Positions 27,521 through 41,190 of a stretch of DNA of 64,000 nt are shown here, piece by piece. The notes under the pieces were generated by a model that was not told the origin of the DNA, did no database searches, and saw only the letters and a list, made by a program, of their open reading frames with translations. The stretch comes from Bugula neritina. Lineage: Eukaryota; Animalia; Bryozoa. A program made the translations under genes and the position numbers. Every line of letters begins with the position of its first letter. Positions within the stretch are counted from its first letter, which is position 1. The stretch spans positions 13,711,675 to 13,775,674 of the forward strand of contig OZ037768.1 in NCBI GenBank assembly GCA_964035545.1, read 5' to 3'.

Positions 27521-28748
27521 TAATATTAACTTAAAAACATTTCTCGCTATTGTACTGTTTTTCTACAGTTCATAATCACTAAAACAATATTTTTATTATA
27601 GATCATTTCTATTTCATTGCATTCTGTCCTGTGCAAGCCACAGACTGGATTTTATAAAGCCAAAAATATGTAATCCTTGTGATTGTTGTATTTTGAAAAA
27701 TTATGTTTGTGTGAATGCATAAAGTTAAATCTAATAGCTCCAAGGCTTTAAAACTAATTGCATAAATCACCATTTTGATAATAACTATATACTTATATAT
27801 ATTATAGTAATAATTGTATATTAGGTTTATCACTATTGCAAATATGGTAGTTAATATTACTATAACTACTAGTTCAAATAACAAATAATAATCATAAACT
27901 AATTATCAGCTACAGTAATCAAACAGGATAATAGCCGTATAGGTGTGAATGTGTGAAGAATATAATCGTGAGCTATTTATCAATACCAATAATACAGGTA
28001 GTTATTACTTGCAACTCACAACTGAGCAGCTGAATGAATTTAAGTTAAAATACTTCTTTTGCCATTACTTGGCCAGTTTCCTGTCAACATTTTTATGAAC
28101 AGCATGTCCACTTATGCTGCACTTTTTATTACAATGCTGAATGCATGCAATTTAATTATTTCTAATACTGCTAGCATGCTCATGTTATTGTTGATAATAA
28201 CATGTGTAATGTGATTGTGAATAATGCTGATTTGTAAACCACTATAAATATTAAACTCTAAGAATGGTTTTAAGGGGTAGAAAATTAAGGGAGAGGGATC
28301 CTAGTAAAATTCTAATTACACCAAAGTGTTGATCCTTTAGCAAAGCCAATGTCTTTTAGTGATCATGGTAGAGTTGAGAAAGCTGTAGAGGTGTTATGAG
28401 ATAAAAACTTTAAAGAGCCTGTGCAAAGGATTGTTTTACATGGGTTAGATTTTTACTTGTAATTCTAAAAAGGAGAGCAAGGTCTATTATATTTGATTTT
28501 ACTATCCATCTTAAAAAAATATGAATACCTAAATAATCAGGTAATCAATCTGTCAAATGGAAAAGTACTATAATAAAGCATATCATAATTTTGTTTTCAA
28601 ATTCAAATTTTCTTGCCAATAGTAAAAAAATCTTAAAAAGTGTTGATATTTCAATAAACTTGTAGCTATGGTATTTCAGGTTGTTTACTAGTCTTGTTAA
28701 AGTGAAAGAGTTTGGACTATCAGTATTTCTACTGCAGCCACATTCAAA

Positions 28749-31700
28749 ATGAGTCATTCAAGAATTCAAAAGCTTCACGAAGAAGCTTATGCTGAAAAGC
28801 AGGCAATGATTTTGTTCAAGTTGAATCAAGAGAAAATGATGGTCACTGCTCGCACTGGTTTAGGAGATATGCCTGATAGACTGCTAGATGATTTTGGTTT
28901 TGCCGTGAACCGTTTACATGATCCTTGTAACTTTGATCATACAACACTAAAAGACATGCTTGATACTTATCATTTTCGTGATCTGGAAAAAAGTAAATTG
29001 TTTCGAATTGCCAAAAAGATATTTGGTGATAAAATGGATTCAAAGTTTCGTATTCGTACTCGGACATTCAATTTATCAGGATTAGCATCAGGACAACCAG
29101 GTAAAGTGATATTTGCTAATTATGGACTGTGGCTTATTGATTTGTGTAAAATATAGATCTATGTAATGTTCTGTTAAGTCTAGAAAGGAGTTTGTAGGAG
29201 CAATTTGTGATACTTGTTATTTTTAGCCATTTTTGTTTTACCTATGCTTCCTTTTTTATCTATTGTTTGCAAAATGGTCAAGCACCATCTCATGGTAGAG
29301 TCAGCATTCTTATATATGTTAGCTCAACAATAATGCACTAGTATTTTATTTGGTTGTTTATGGCGCTAATGTAGTCAATAAATTTTGCGTACCTAATTAA
29401 ATACTATACACAAATTAAAAATATGTATATACAAGTTTTTATTAAATAATCATTTATTATATGAATTGTTAATTTTATTAATTTTGTTACCAGTGGTTAC
29501 AGGAAGTGCAATAAAGCCATCGGACATACCGTCCAGAAATAAATATCATAAAGAAATTATTGACGAAGAGGAAGATGAAGATTTAGTTGATATGAATGAT
29601 CTTAGACTGAGGCCCTTGAAACCTACTGCCCCTATTAAGAATCATACTGAACAGACGCTGGACAGTTGTACTACATCTAATAAAGAACTAGAGGAGTACA
29701 ACGATTGGGTAATAATTTTACGTAATGTATTTAAAAAAATAATTGCCAACAACTATAATTCTAGTCTTAATAGCCAAGTTTAATTGAGTTTTGTGAAAAT
29801 CAACTTGTCTTATCATGCTTTGCAGCTTGAAGAAAGAAAAAATTGGCGTGCAAAGATAAACTCAATAGGCCTGAATGAAAGTTGGCTACAGAACAAGCCT
29901 GATAGAACAGCCATGGAAGATTTGATGTACCAAGAGATCCTGTCTGCTAAATACATGGACTCCTTGGCTAACACAGATCAGGCAAGTCAAGTAAACTGCG
30001 CTTATTGTAAACATTTTCTGGTACATCAAAAAATGGTAAAAAGTAATAATTACTTGAAATGTAAGTTTCCAGCTTTTTAGTAGGCATGATAAACCACCTA
30101 TAGGTCAGGGATAATCAAAACACACTAAACATAAATGTAAGCTAGGTGGTGTCATCGATCATTATCTAAAAGTTTTTTTCAACAAATCCTGGACACGTAT
30201 ATTTCATTTATGCAGTATTAAAATATTCATATATACTTTAGCATTTTCTGCAGACTGTTGAAGAGTTGAATGCTCAAAAAATTTTGTTTTATAATAAATT
30301 TTCCGAAAACATGTCTTGAATGATTTTGGGATTCGTTATAGCCTGCTGATAAGGTTTCCAGTTGGCTCTCAAGTCTGCAGTATTATAAAGCTGATAGCAA
30401 TTATCACTAACTTTCATTGCATGTTATTCTTAGCTGTTGCAACACACAGTTCATAGTTTCAACTTTCAAGCCAGTTCGTTTGAGCATACAACCCTCAAAC
30501 AGCATGTATAGATAGCTAAGTTGTATATAAATAAGTAAATAAAGTGCGTCAGGAATTTAATTTGTTATGTTATAATTGTTTTGAGTCAGATTCGTTTGCA
30601 TTGGTTTTTGGTTTAATTTAATATATTGTAAATATTTTCTCAAATTTTCTTTTATCTATTAATGCTAATATTTACTCTCATGTTGTGTCAAAACCATTTT
30701 TATAAATTGCACAATCAGTAATGTAATGAAGATAGCACAATAATACAAAATGTTGAGTAGGTTTCTAGCTTTCCCATGTAACCTCCTTCATTATGATGAG
30801 CTAATCCTGGGCTTTTTGTGTCTTTTTAATAAAGTGTATTATGCGGGTAATGTGCGTTACGAACTACCTAGATTCAACTGTTTTTAAGCAATTTTGCATC
30901 TGGCATTAAGCAACCAGCTATTTGCATAGTAATGAAACATAAAGCGCCGAAATTCTGGGCTTCTTCATGATTGCAAAGGTTTTCTGGGTGTTCTTAGTGC
31001 CTTTTTGTCATCATCCGAGATCATGATATGTAATGACAGTTTCGCATCCAATTTTTCTAGCCAACTCAAAATAAGCATCATCTATGTCATGATCACTATC
31101 AAATTTAGAATTAATTGCTTTATGAACCATTTTATTCTGAGTATGCCAATAACCAAAAATGCTTGTTTCCCATACTAAATTGTTCATATGGTTACTATAA
31201 CTTATTTTTAGCCTATTACCTGAAAACCTGGGCTATTTATTACAATTGCAATAGTTAGTTGTTATCATATTAATATGTATTTGCTATAATAATTAATAGC
31301 AGCAATGAAATTCCTTTATTTCAACCCTTTTCTAAGTTTTTAGATTTAGTTTCACAAAACAAGTTAAGGAGATTAATTTAACTTATGCTCACATTTACAG
31401 TTATTTGGCTTAGAAAATTGTTGCCCGCATTTAAAAATTGTTTTCAGTTTTTTCATTTTTTAGTTTAAGCTGCAACTCTCAACGCCTGACTTTAAGCACT
31501 AAATTGTGTAATAAACTGAGAAGTAGTTTAGATGTAAACCACAAATTTCTATACAGTTTACTAATGCTGTGTTGAAATATGTGTGAATTGGTAAATAGCC
31601 CTACCTTGCTCGATGTATGCCAAAACTTTATTTAGAACAATTAAAACACCATATAGAAGAAGTAAATGAAAAATGCAGTAGGGGTAACGGGGGGGGGGGG

Positions 31701-34700
31701 GGCACAACGGTCATAGGGGTACAAAAAGCCGGCCAAATTGTGAGAGAACTTATTGACTTAGAGTTGTGATTTTTTTTCATAAAAAAGTATTGACATAATT
31801 ATTCAGCCATTGTAGTTTCAACACTTGTGGAACATACGTGTTGAAAAGGCGAGTGAAAAACTGTTTTTACCTACTTTTTGTAAATTTTTTAAGATGCCGT
31901 TAAAGCTTTATAACTTTTTACACTCAAAGGCAACAAGCCTAGATTTTACTGATATTGTTCCCATTGCTTGTCTCTACATTGATTAACTAATATAACAGCA
32001 AACTCTAAAATAAGTTTTCCTTGAGGCACATTTATTTTCAATTTGGCCATCCGGGACAAAATAGGCCACCTGATTATTGCACCCTGATCACTGTTATTAG
32101 TTTGTTTGCCCAAAAAGTTGGTTGAAATGTTACTAAAATCTATAGATATAGCCATTTCTGATCTTTTTGTAAAATATCAAAGACATCATGGTAAGACTAT
32201 AAAACTACAAGGTGATGCTCCCCTAATATATACATCTGGTGAGCTTAAAGCTTTGCTATTTTATACATAATACAAAACACTCTGCTGTTGCTACTAGTAG
32301 ATAGTCATGATACTCATTATACATTATATCATTGAGGGAATATACATGTATTTGACTAAAATAAATTGTGATTTGCTCATTCGCTCCCCCTCTCTGCCTT
32401 CCGTACTCCAGCCACAAACCGAAGCCATGCACCTTGGCTAAATTTCATAGAAAAAAGTCCACTCGGAATTTTGTAGTACATGTTACTAAAGTTTTTTTTC
32501 TGATAAAAATTCCTTTGAAGTGTAAATAAAAAACATTTTTAGTTCTAAACAGTAATGATAATGGCACCGTAGAACCGAGTGATTTGCGTTTGATTTTGCC
32601 TTCCTCTGCTATCTGTGGTGGCACAAACTGTACAGCTCAAACATGAATTTTGCTGTGGATCTGAAAGAATATTTTTATTTATTTGTAATATTAAATAAAT
32701 AAAGATCAGATGCAACAAAATCCGCAAAGTTTCAATATATTTGTTGTGTCTCACCCAGTGGCCCATTGTACCCCGATTTTTTCGTCATGAAAATTTCATT
32801 ATTCTGAAAGTTGTGAGAGAGGTAGAAACAACAAACTGATACCTGTAATAGACAACAGATGCAGCATTAAGACTAAAGATTATTGAACTAGTAACTTGAA
32901 AAACAGACGAATAAGAGCAAAAAATGCAAAATTCGGCCCGTTGTGCCCCCCCCCCCGTTACCCCTACAACATTTCCAATAGATCCACTCTATATTGTTAC
33001 CAGATATGTTTTCTAACTCAATAACTATTTTATACTTTTTAAGATCTGTTAGCATAGCTGGCATTATTTCTAAAAAGAGAGTAGTTGCTTATAAATAACT
33101 ATAACTAAATTATGTTCAGGTTGATGGTAAGAAAGAGAGAGGGCACGGTGTACAGTCTGCTGGCTCACTGCCAAGAATTCGTCGTCCTTCTCCCATAGCT
33201 ATCAGGAAGTTGGATGCTTTCCTGAGATCAAAGAAATTGAGACTAATAGACATCTTCTCAGCTATTGATAAAGACAAAAACTGGCATCTGAGTAAAGAAG
33301 AGTTTAAACATGCAGTTCAATTGGTATGTTCTAAGGCCTAAACCCATGTTAGCTACAGGCGGCTGTTCATTTATTACATATAATAATATTATTATTAATA
33401 ATGCAATCATGCAAATTTACACTAGGTGTGGGCATGGAGATTGCAATAACTCATTCTTGTATGGAAGAGTTCACCAGCATATTAGCTTGTGTGGTTTAAT
33501 GGTTTTCAGTTAGCAGTTGGTTAGTGTTTGTGCCATATGATCAGTAAAATGTATTAATCTTATATTACAGGTGGCCATGAAGGTAATGCTAACTATTTTA
33601 AGCCTCGTATCATTCTCTTTAATATACTTTATTCTTCACTTTGATTTGAATATACTACAGCTTGAAAAGTTTTTATAGTTTTATAGTTTTAAGTACAGTA
33701 TTTCTCTGCTAATGGCATTTCAATTTGTATGAAGTTAAATGATATGTATTGGTTTGATTAGTCACTGGTTTTGCTTCTCAGTTTTGGTTTAAGTTAGCTG
33801 AAGCAACTCATACATGAGAGGGCTGTCTCTGATTTCCCTTCTGTGCCTCTAGTATGACTTAGTTTAGTGTATAGTCTGAGTAAACAGTCTATGTGATTTG
33901 CAGTACGATATTGACATCTCCTCATCGCTACTTGATGATTTAATCACCACACTAGATGTTGATCAGAGTGGTGAGGTGAGTTACAAAGAGCTGGTGAAAG
34001 GTTTAGAACTTTATCAAAAGGAAAAAAGGGATCTGAAAAATAAAGGACTTCCAATGCCACAGGGTGAGACAAAAGAGTTATTTTTAGACTAACACATTGT
34101 AAACAAGATGTAACTGGAACTGATTGTGCAGCCTACCCAAAGAAAATGTTGTACAGCTAATTCTGTACTATATGTTTGACTAGATAGGAGAGAATTATTC
34201 TGTAAACTATATTATTGTAGTCATTGCAGCTTATTCTCTACAAGTTTAACCTCAGCTGATATTTGTAACCACTGTTTACATCAGCTACTTCAGAAATACT
34301 TGTTCTTCTAGATGACAACTCAGATGAAGAAGATGAAGAAAGGAAGACACCTGTTTCCAGACAAGCCAGTGCTGCCAGCTCGGCAGCTCGTAGTGTCAAG
34401 TTTGAATCTGGGAAGAATGCATCTGATGGCAAGTCAGTCTCGGGGAGCCGAGTACAGAGTAGAGGTAGTTCTGCGACTACTCTCTTAGCGACACCGGAAC
34501 TCGACTTGCAAGAGAGCCGACTTGTCTTCAAATCCAAAGAACTTCAAGTCGATTTACGTAAGAGGGATAAAAATTTCCTCAAGTACTACAACAAGGTAAA
34601 TATAATTCTAATATTAATACAGTTTTAACATCAAACTAATATTGTTTTGTGCAAATTCAGGAGTCATGTTGCTGAAGGTATATTGGCATGACAGAGGGAG

Positions 34701-37700
34701 GGGAAGGGGTAAAATACCATCAGTTTAGATATACCACTAATGACTATCAAAAACTGCACTTGACAACTCATAAAATTGTAGTTTGTTTCAAGTACAATAT
34801 GTTAGTGTAGTTAGCTAATGTAGAAGGTGTTACATGATTGTTATAGAAGTAGTATTTTTATTATATTAATTGCTAGAAGTTAAATCATACTGTCAAGTTC
34901 CCTAAACCTATTTAAGTGGCTAATATGGAAGTTTTTTTTAGTGTTTCTTTTTAGATCTAATATAGTTAGTTATGTTTTTGCTCTAAAAGCTTTTGAGTTT
35001 ATATACAAGCAATCTCACTATATTCAACTTGTTAGCAACATTTACAAATGCAATTACCATAGTGGATACCCTCTGTTTAAAGAAAAAGTTGTTTGAAATC
35101 CCTTATTTCTATTCTGTTCTTCGTTGTCAATTCAATTGAAAATATCGTGTTTGTGTATATACAGAGTGTAGCAGAATTCTAGATTCTATACTTGACTGTG
35201 GTTAGCTTGCATTACCCAATTTGTCATTTTAGCAGTAGTGTACATACTATATTAAACAATGGCAAGTATACTATATGTGTTACTTTACTGTGTTTATTCA
35301 TGTTTGCTAGAAATGTTAGAATTGATACACATGATTTATTATTTGTATTTATTTTGTAGAGTCCTTTGTATTCTAGATGTTAATTTATTTACCATAACAT
35401 ATTTTTATGCGATTTCATTCTTTTTGCATACTCTTTTATTGTGCACTAACAGTTAATCTAACAACTCCTTCATTCTGTATTATTAATAGTTCAGTGTGAA
35501 ATATTACAACCCAACCAGTCATATGACTATGTACTGTATCATCTGGTGTACATTTATAAACTTGTCTGAGAGAGCTGAGAAAGCTTATGTGAAAAGTAGG
35601 CATTTCGCACAACTTTCAATACCAGGGATTTATATCAAAAGGGATTTGTTTTGTGATATACTCTCAAAATGTTTGTTTAAAATGTTTTATTTACCTTTCA
35701 AGAGTTTTTTAATCTTATTTCCTGCTCAGGTTGTAGGATTCTTAACCATCAACCTTGTTCTCAGTAAGCAGTGCTTTGTATTATATAAATACTTGTCCTA
35801 GAAACTGTTGCATATAACTGAACAATGTGTCTGCAGGTTGACAACTCCTCACACAACACTCTCTCAGCAACTCCCGCAGCTCAGTCAGCTGTGTCCGTGT
35901 TTAAGACAGGCTACAAACATGTTGATGATCATTCCAAACCTTCAAGATTAGATGGTGAAACTGGTGCTATGGTTAACTCCTTTAGACAACTCAAACTAAA
36001 AGAATATCACAGGGTTATGGTTCTATGCAAAAACTATGATGTCATACTTAATCGACAGCTTCTTGATAGAGGTAGACTGTTTTCTACTTGTCTTTGGGGT
36101 TTACATACTCTTGAAACTGTACTATTGTGAATGCAAAGGCAATGTGAGATTTGAATGAAGGCTGGCAAGAAATTTGTAATAGTAATAGAAAGCATTGAAA
36201 CATATACATGAGAACTTTATTGTTCAGTTGTCCAACCAGATCGCGGCATTACTATGTTCCAATTAAGCATTACCTCATAGTGTTTATATATGTGCTGTTA
36301 GAGTCAACAAGTTTTGATAACTATTAGATGAATATTAAATGTAAGATGCTACAGATTTATATTTTCATAAGTTAGCATATATCTCAGGGTATGCAAATAA
36401 GAACTTGTTTGCCTAATTAACAAACAGAAATAGTGCAACATAAGTAGGAGTTGTTTACACACACACACACACACATATATATATACTTTTAAGGGGGACA
36501 TAGTTCCAACATATTAGGGTTAGCACAGCTTCGCATAATTTAGTTCAGATTGATCAATACCTAGAAGCAAAGCATTTAAATTTAGGTAAAATCAGTCACG
36601 TTTCTAGCTTCCAGTTTACCATTAGCTCAAATGTAGGCTCACTCTGGTTTGGCTTTCATACATCTAAAGAGTAATGTTGTAAGACCTTTCACTCATGGTG
36701 AATTATACTTATAGTATCTATAAAAAGTTATATTATATTTTTATTGATATAATCAAAATATTTATCTTTAAAAGGTGACGCCTTGTAGTATTTTACAACT
36801 GGTTAGCAACTGAATATTGTTACAGTTCTTCTCCACCCTGGAGATAAGACTTTCAAGCAAATGATGAAGCAAGGTGTGCGGCAGCCAGGTGTAAATCTTC
36901 CATTAAGTAAGCACTTTGCTGAACCCCCCAAACGTCCCAGAACACCTATAGAGATCAGGTATTTGCATTTTTATTGAATATATTTTGTAAAATGGAGTCT
37001 TATTTGCTTTTGCATACTAGTCTTGTTGTATCATTACCTTGATAAAAACGCACAGTACACTGCTCCAACACAAAGATGGTGAAATGAATGTTATCATCAC
37101 ATACAGGTATGATTGAACTGATGATTTCAAAGTTAGGCGGTAGTGAAAAACTGAAAAGTTCTTTGGCGGTAAATTGATATGAACTGAGGTGTTCATTTGG
37201 TGGTAATTGTTAACAACGGTAACAAGACTCTTGTTATTTTTATATTTACCCTGTCTACTACTCTTACATGTTTTTGCTATACTTGTATTACTTATTTCTG
37301 AACTTAAGATATATTCAAAGTAATCTACTTAATTATTACTCTCAATCTTTCATTTTTTTTCAAATTCTTACTTTTTCAAATCATAGTCTTCAGTCTCCAG
37401 TTGTGACATTATAAGTTTTATTTACATCATTATCATTAGCTCTGGCCGTAGAAAAGACATCCGCCGTAAATAAACTTATAAGTATTAGTCTTTTTGCAAA
37501 TAGAATCTAGACATTTCATTTAGAATTATAAAACTTGGAGTTTTCGGGCATGCAGGTTTGTTAGCTCAAAAACATGCTGTTGCTGCCTCTAACAGATCTG
37601 AAAATAATGAAGTGTCATTTGTCATTGATTGTTGCATTTCTCTAAATATTGCCATGGTTATAGATATGACGTTGAAGTATTTTTGCTTATTAAAAAGAGA

Positions 37701-39256
37701 CAGCCTTTTAATCATTATTTAATTAATAAATAAAATAATATGGAAGCAGTGGATTTAAATTTACATTAAGCTGTGTTTTATGTTATTTTAATTATGTATA
37801 GATTCTTTTTTGCCCGCTACCTAAACAGGACAGAGCAGAGATAAGTGAGAATAGGCGAGGAAAGATTTTTTGTTTCACCTACTTTTTATTTCTCCAGAAA
37901 CAAAGGAAAGATTAAGCGTGGTAGAGATGGTAAGCTACTGATTGACTACAAGCATAGGTTTCCATCACAAGTCAAAGCATCTCCCAGTCCTCACCGAGTT
38001 CAGCTATCAACTGGCAAAGCCTTGATCTCTAGAAAAGTTGATTGTTGGATGACATTCGAAGAATACGAAGAGCTGACAAAGTAAGTCTGCTCTGTTTAAT
38101 ATTTTGTACATTGTATTTAAACATTTGCTCCTACACTATTTATCTCTATATTTGCATTATATGTTTCAATTAATTATATTTTTGACTCTGTTCAGTATGC
38201 TTGTAATCATTTATTTCTATATTTTGGTACCATTGCGCATTTATTTGAGTTTGGTTGAATGAATTCAATTACTTATTTATTAACTGAGCTGAGTTCAAGT
38301 CATATTGACTTAAGCGCTTGCTGACTAGAGTACTTCAACTTTCTCTATTTTAGTCGACCGAAAACTGACTTAAAAATTTATACTAATCCAAGTTTTAAGT
38401 TGTTTTATTTAATTGCTTTTTGAATTGTTATAATATAATTGAGTCTTAGTGATCACTTGCACAACCAATTATAATGTTGCTGCTTTTAGAAAGATCTAGT
38501 GCATGCGTGTGCGTGCGTGTGTTCGGGGGTGTGTGTGTGTGCGTGTGAGGGGGTGTGCTGCGTGCGTGTGTGTGCGTGCATGTGTGTGTGCGTGCGTGTG
38601 TGTGTTCGGAGGTGTGTGTGTGTGTGTGCATGCGTGTGTGTGTTGACGTGATTGAGTGATTACAAATCACCTGTACTAAGGGGTTGACTTGGACAGGTTT
38701 CAAATTTTTTGTCTCGACCATGGCTTGATTGGATTGTGTTAGCTGTCGACTTGACTTTCTATGACTTTAACCAAACTCTGATTCCCAGCTGTTTACTTGA
38801 CAATATTCATAGACTGTTACCAGGTATTTATACTATTGAGATAATGTATGTATTAAACTGTAAATACATAAATTATATGTATTTTTTATTTTTAGGGATT
38901 TTTACACGAAGCGCTACGTACACATGGATGCTAACAATAATAAATCAGGTCATACGTGGCCAGGTTACATGCTAGATAAGATGAGATTGTTCTTGGACAA
39001 CGATCGTACAACAGACAGTAGCAATGCTCTTTTCCATGGAGTAAAACATGAAGCAAAAGCTTATCCTGGCAACTACAATGACTTGAATAACTGGAAGGTT
39101 TCTGATGCAGGGTATTTACTTCAAGGTAACCTAAGAAACCCTAAAAAACACTATGACATCAGCAACTTGCAGCCTAAAGTAGTTCCAGACATCAATCCTA
39201 GTAATTACTTTGTAAATAAAAACACTGCTGACCTAACTATGCACACCAAAAACTGA
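28749..39256 (+). CDS. EFCAB12: EF-hand calcium-binding domain protein, EFCAB12-like
   Basis: Exons 28749-29100, 29494-29708, 29826-29981/29990, 33120-33323, 33904-34063, 34285-34595, 35837-36071, 36826-36958, 37898-38080, 38896-39256, phases consistent. EF-hand pair DKDKNWHLSKEE and DVDQSGEVSYKE after KLRLIDIF. Motifs LLDRVLLHPGD, DCWMTFEEY and WPGYMLDKMRL resemble EFCAB12 as recalled; needs a BLAST check. Confidence 0.7.
31681..32964. mobile_element. Non-autonomous DNA transposon with TA TSD (Tc1/mariner-pogo-like), 1284 bp, in EFCAB12-like intron 3
   Basis: TIRs GGGGTAAC(G)14CACAACGG and CCGTTGTG(C)11GTTACCCC, TA on both flanks; no transposase ORF. Confidence 0.85.
38247..38780. mobile_element. 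Possible decayed MITE enclosing a GT-rich microsatellite
   Basis: Short inverted ends GAGTTTGGTT and AACCAAACTC with scattered GACTTGA/GTCGAC motifs; TSD not evident. Confidence 0.35.
38499..38643. repeat. Imperfect (GT)n/(GCGT)n microsatellite
   Basis: Directly visible. Confidence 0.95.
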
Positions 39257-41190
39257 CGATGGTTCTTGAGTGTTGAAAACCAATTGTTTTTTCTCGCTTA
39301 CTTCATGTCTAGTTTTAGTATTTAATTTTTAAATCAATATTTATATTTTGACCCAGAGAGTTAAATAGATTTGCTCAATAAAGTATGTTCTGCTAATAAA
39401 TATTTCTTCTGCAACTTTGTTCATTATTTTATTCTTATTTAGATGTAACTTTTTGTAATGCTATTTTTCATTTATTCATGATAATTGACTTATATTTTGG
39501 TATGATTAGACTCGGGCGTTATAATAGCCGCATCTTCAAAATAATTTTCCTATATATATATAAATGTAAATGGTTATCATATCTAAAACTATTGCTACAG
39601 ATACAGAGATTAAAACCAATAGTATACAACTTTTTATTAAAGTATTGAATACTTATGTAAAGCAAGTAAACTGATAAGAAAATGAAGAAGTTATATAGTT
39701 TGAGACAATTCCAAACATAGTCTGTAATTACAGTTGAGTAAAAACAAACATTTTAAATTTACAAATTTCTAAGCATGTATTTTAAGTGCATTGTGAGTTT
39801 GAGGTAGTAATGTTATAATATTATATAGCATCTTATACAGCCACTAACAAATCTGTTCATCAGATCTGCCAATCATAGTAGTTTCCAAGAAAACTAAAAT
39901 GGCTATGATTAGCGATACTGATGAAAATGATTGTTGGTGGCTAATAAGTAAATTATAACTTATTTAATACTAGTAAGATGTAACACTACATAAAGCTAAA
40001 GGATGTTTATTTCTAGTAGTTATTAATTTATACTGACATTTGTTAGTACTCTATTAATTTATAATGAGATTTGTTGTTACACAATTTGCAGGACTTCACC
40101 AGTATTAAGTAGCATAAATTATCTTTGTAGGTTGTCTCCCATGGGTTAATTTTTTGTGTTTAACCTCGAAGCCACAAAAGCATCTACTCTGTAACATATC
40201 CAATTTGTATAATATAGCATCAGAAAACCAACTCAATATAATTGAGTTGCAGTTACAAAATACAATAATATTTCATCATCTGCAATTGTAGACACCTTCT
40301 GTACTGTAGGACTTAGCTCATACCGTCTGTTATAGGCTGCAAATAGCAGATCTAAATAAGAGTTAGGTTGCTTCGAATTTACGTAATTTCAACATAACTG
40401 TACTGAAATGGGAATGACATGTAAAATCACTTTCATCTTAAAAATATTGTTAAAAGACAACTAGATCTCTCTTAAGCTGTGGCAATATTTATGGAAACCA
40501 ACTAAAAATTCCCAGTGGAATTACAGAATTGCATACAAGGCAAAATGACTGACATTATTGTGTTTTAGTATGCTCATGTGGATTCTTTAATGTGTAATTA
40601 ATTGCTGACTCCCTAATGAAATGTTGAATATTATGTTTGTTTTGATATTTACAAGTAAAAATTGATCAGTTAATGTAATACCCTTTCAAGTTGTTGAGAA
40701 AACATTTATCTATAACTTCCATAGCCTTGAATGGGCAATTTGTAGAGGAACATAAACATAATACTAAGTATGATCTAGCATTGCAAGTATGCAGCCTCAT
40801 ATAATTACAGCTATTATATGCTGATTACTGCAAATAATATTTTGCAATAATTCATTGTAAACAGAAAGGGCAGATGAAGTATAGGCTGATTTGCTAATAG
40901 ACCCTATAGCATCATTAAACAGTGCAATAGCTCTTGCATTAGACCAATCACGTAGAGCCTGGCATATTGCTCTTATACAAGTGTTTAAAGTAGTGTCTTG
41001 CTCAACATGGACCAAGTATCTACTAGTTAACTCATTGCATGCTGCTCAGTCAAATGCAGTCAGCCGATAGAACTCATCAAGTAAACTAAGTTTTATTTTA
41101 ATAAGTGTTGGAAACAGAAACTTAGCAAAAGATTTTGGTTCATCAATAAAACCGGAGTGCTGAACCAAAAAGACATATGCTAGCTGCACC

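Noticed and set aside
30900-31135. Coding-like minus-strand fragment in the EFCAB12-like intron
   Set aside because: Interrupted by stops and without a motif I can recognise; possibly TE debris.
34238-34537. Antisense ORFs here and at 13493-13690, 17463-17681, 41046-41252 and 60058-60333
   Set aside because: Shadows of real exons on the opposite strand.
38446-38721. HTHT-rich ORF (also the ORFs at 61820-62161)
   Set aside because: Microsatellite translations.
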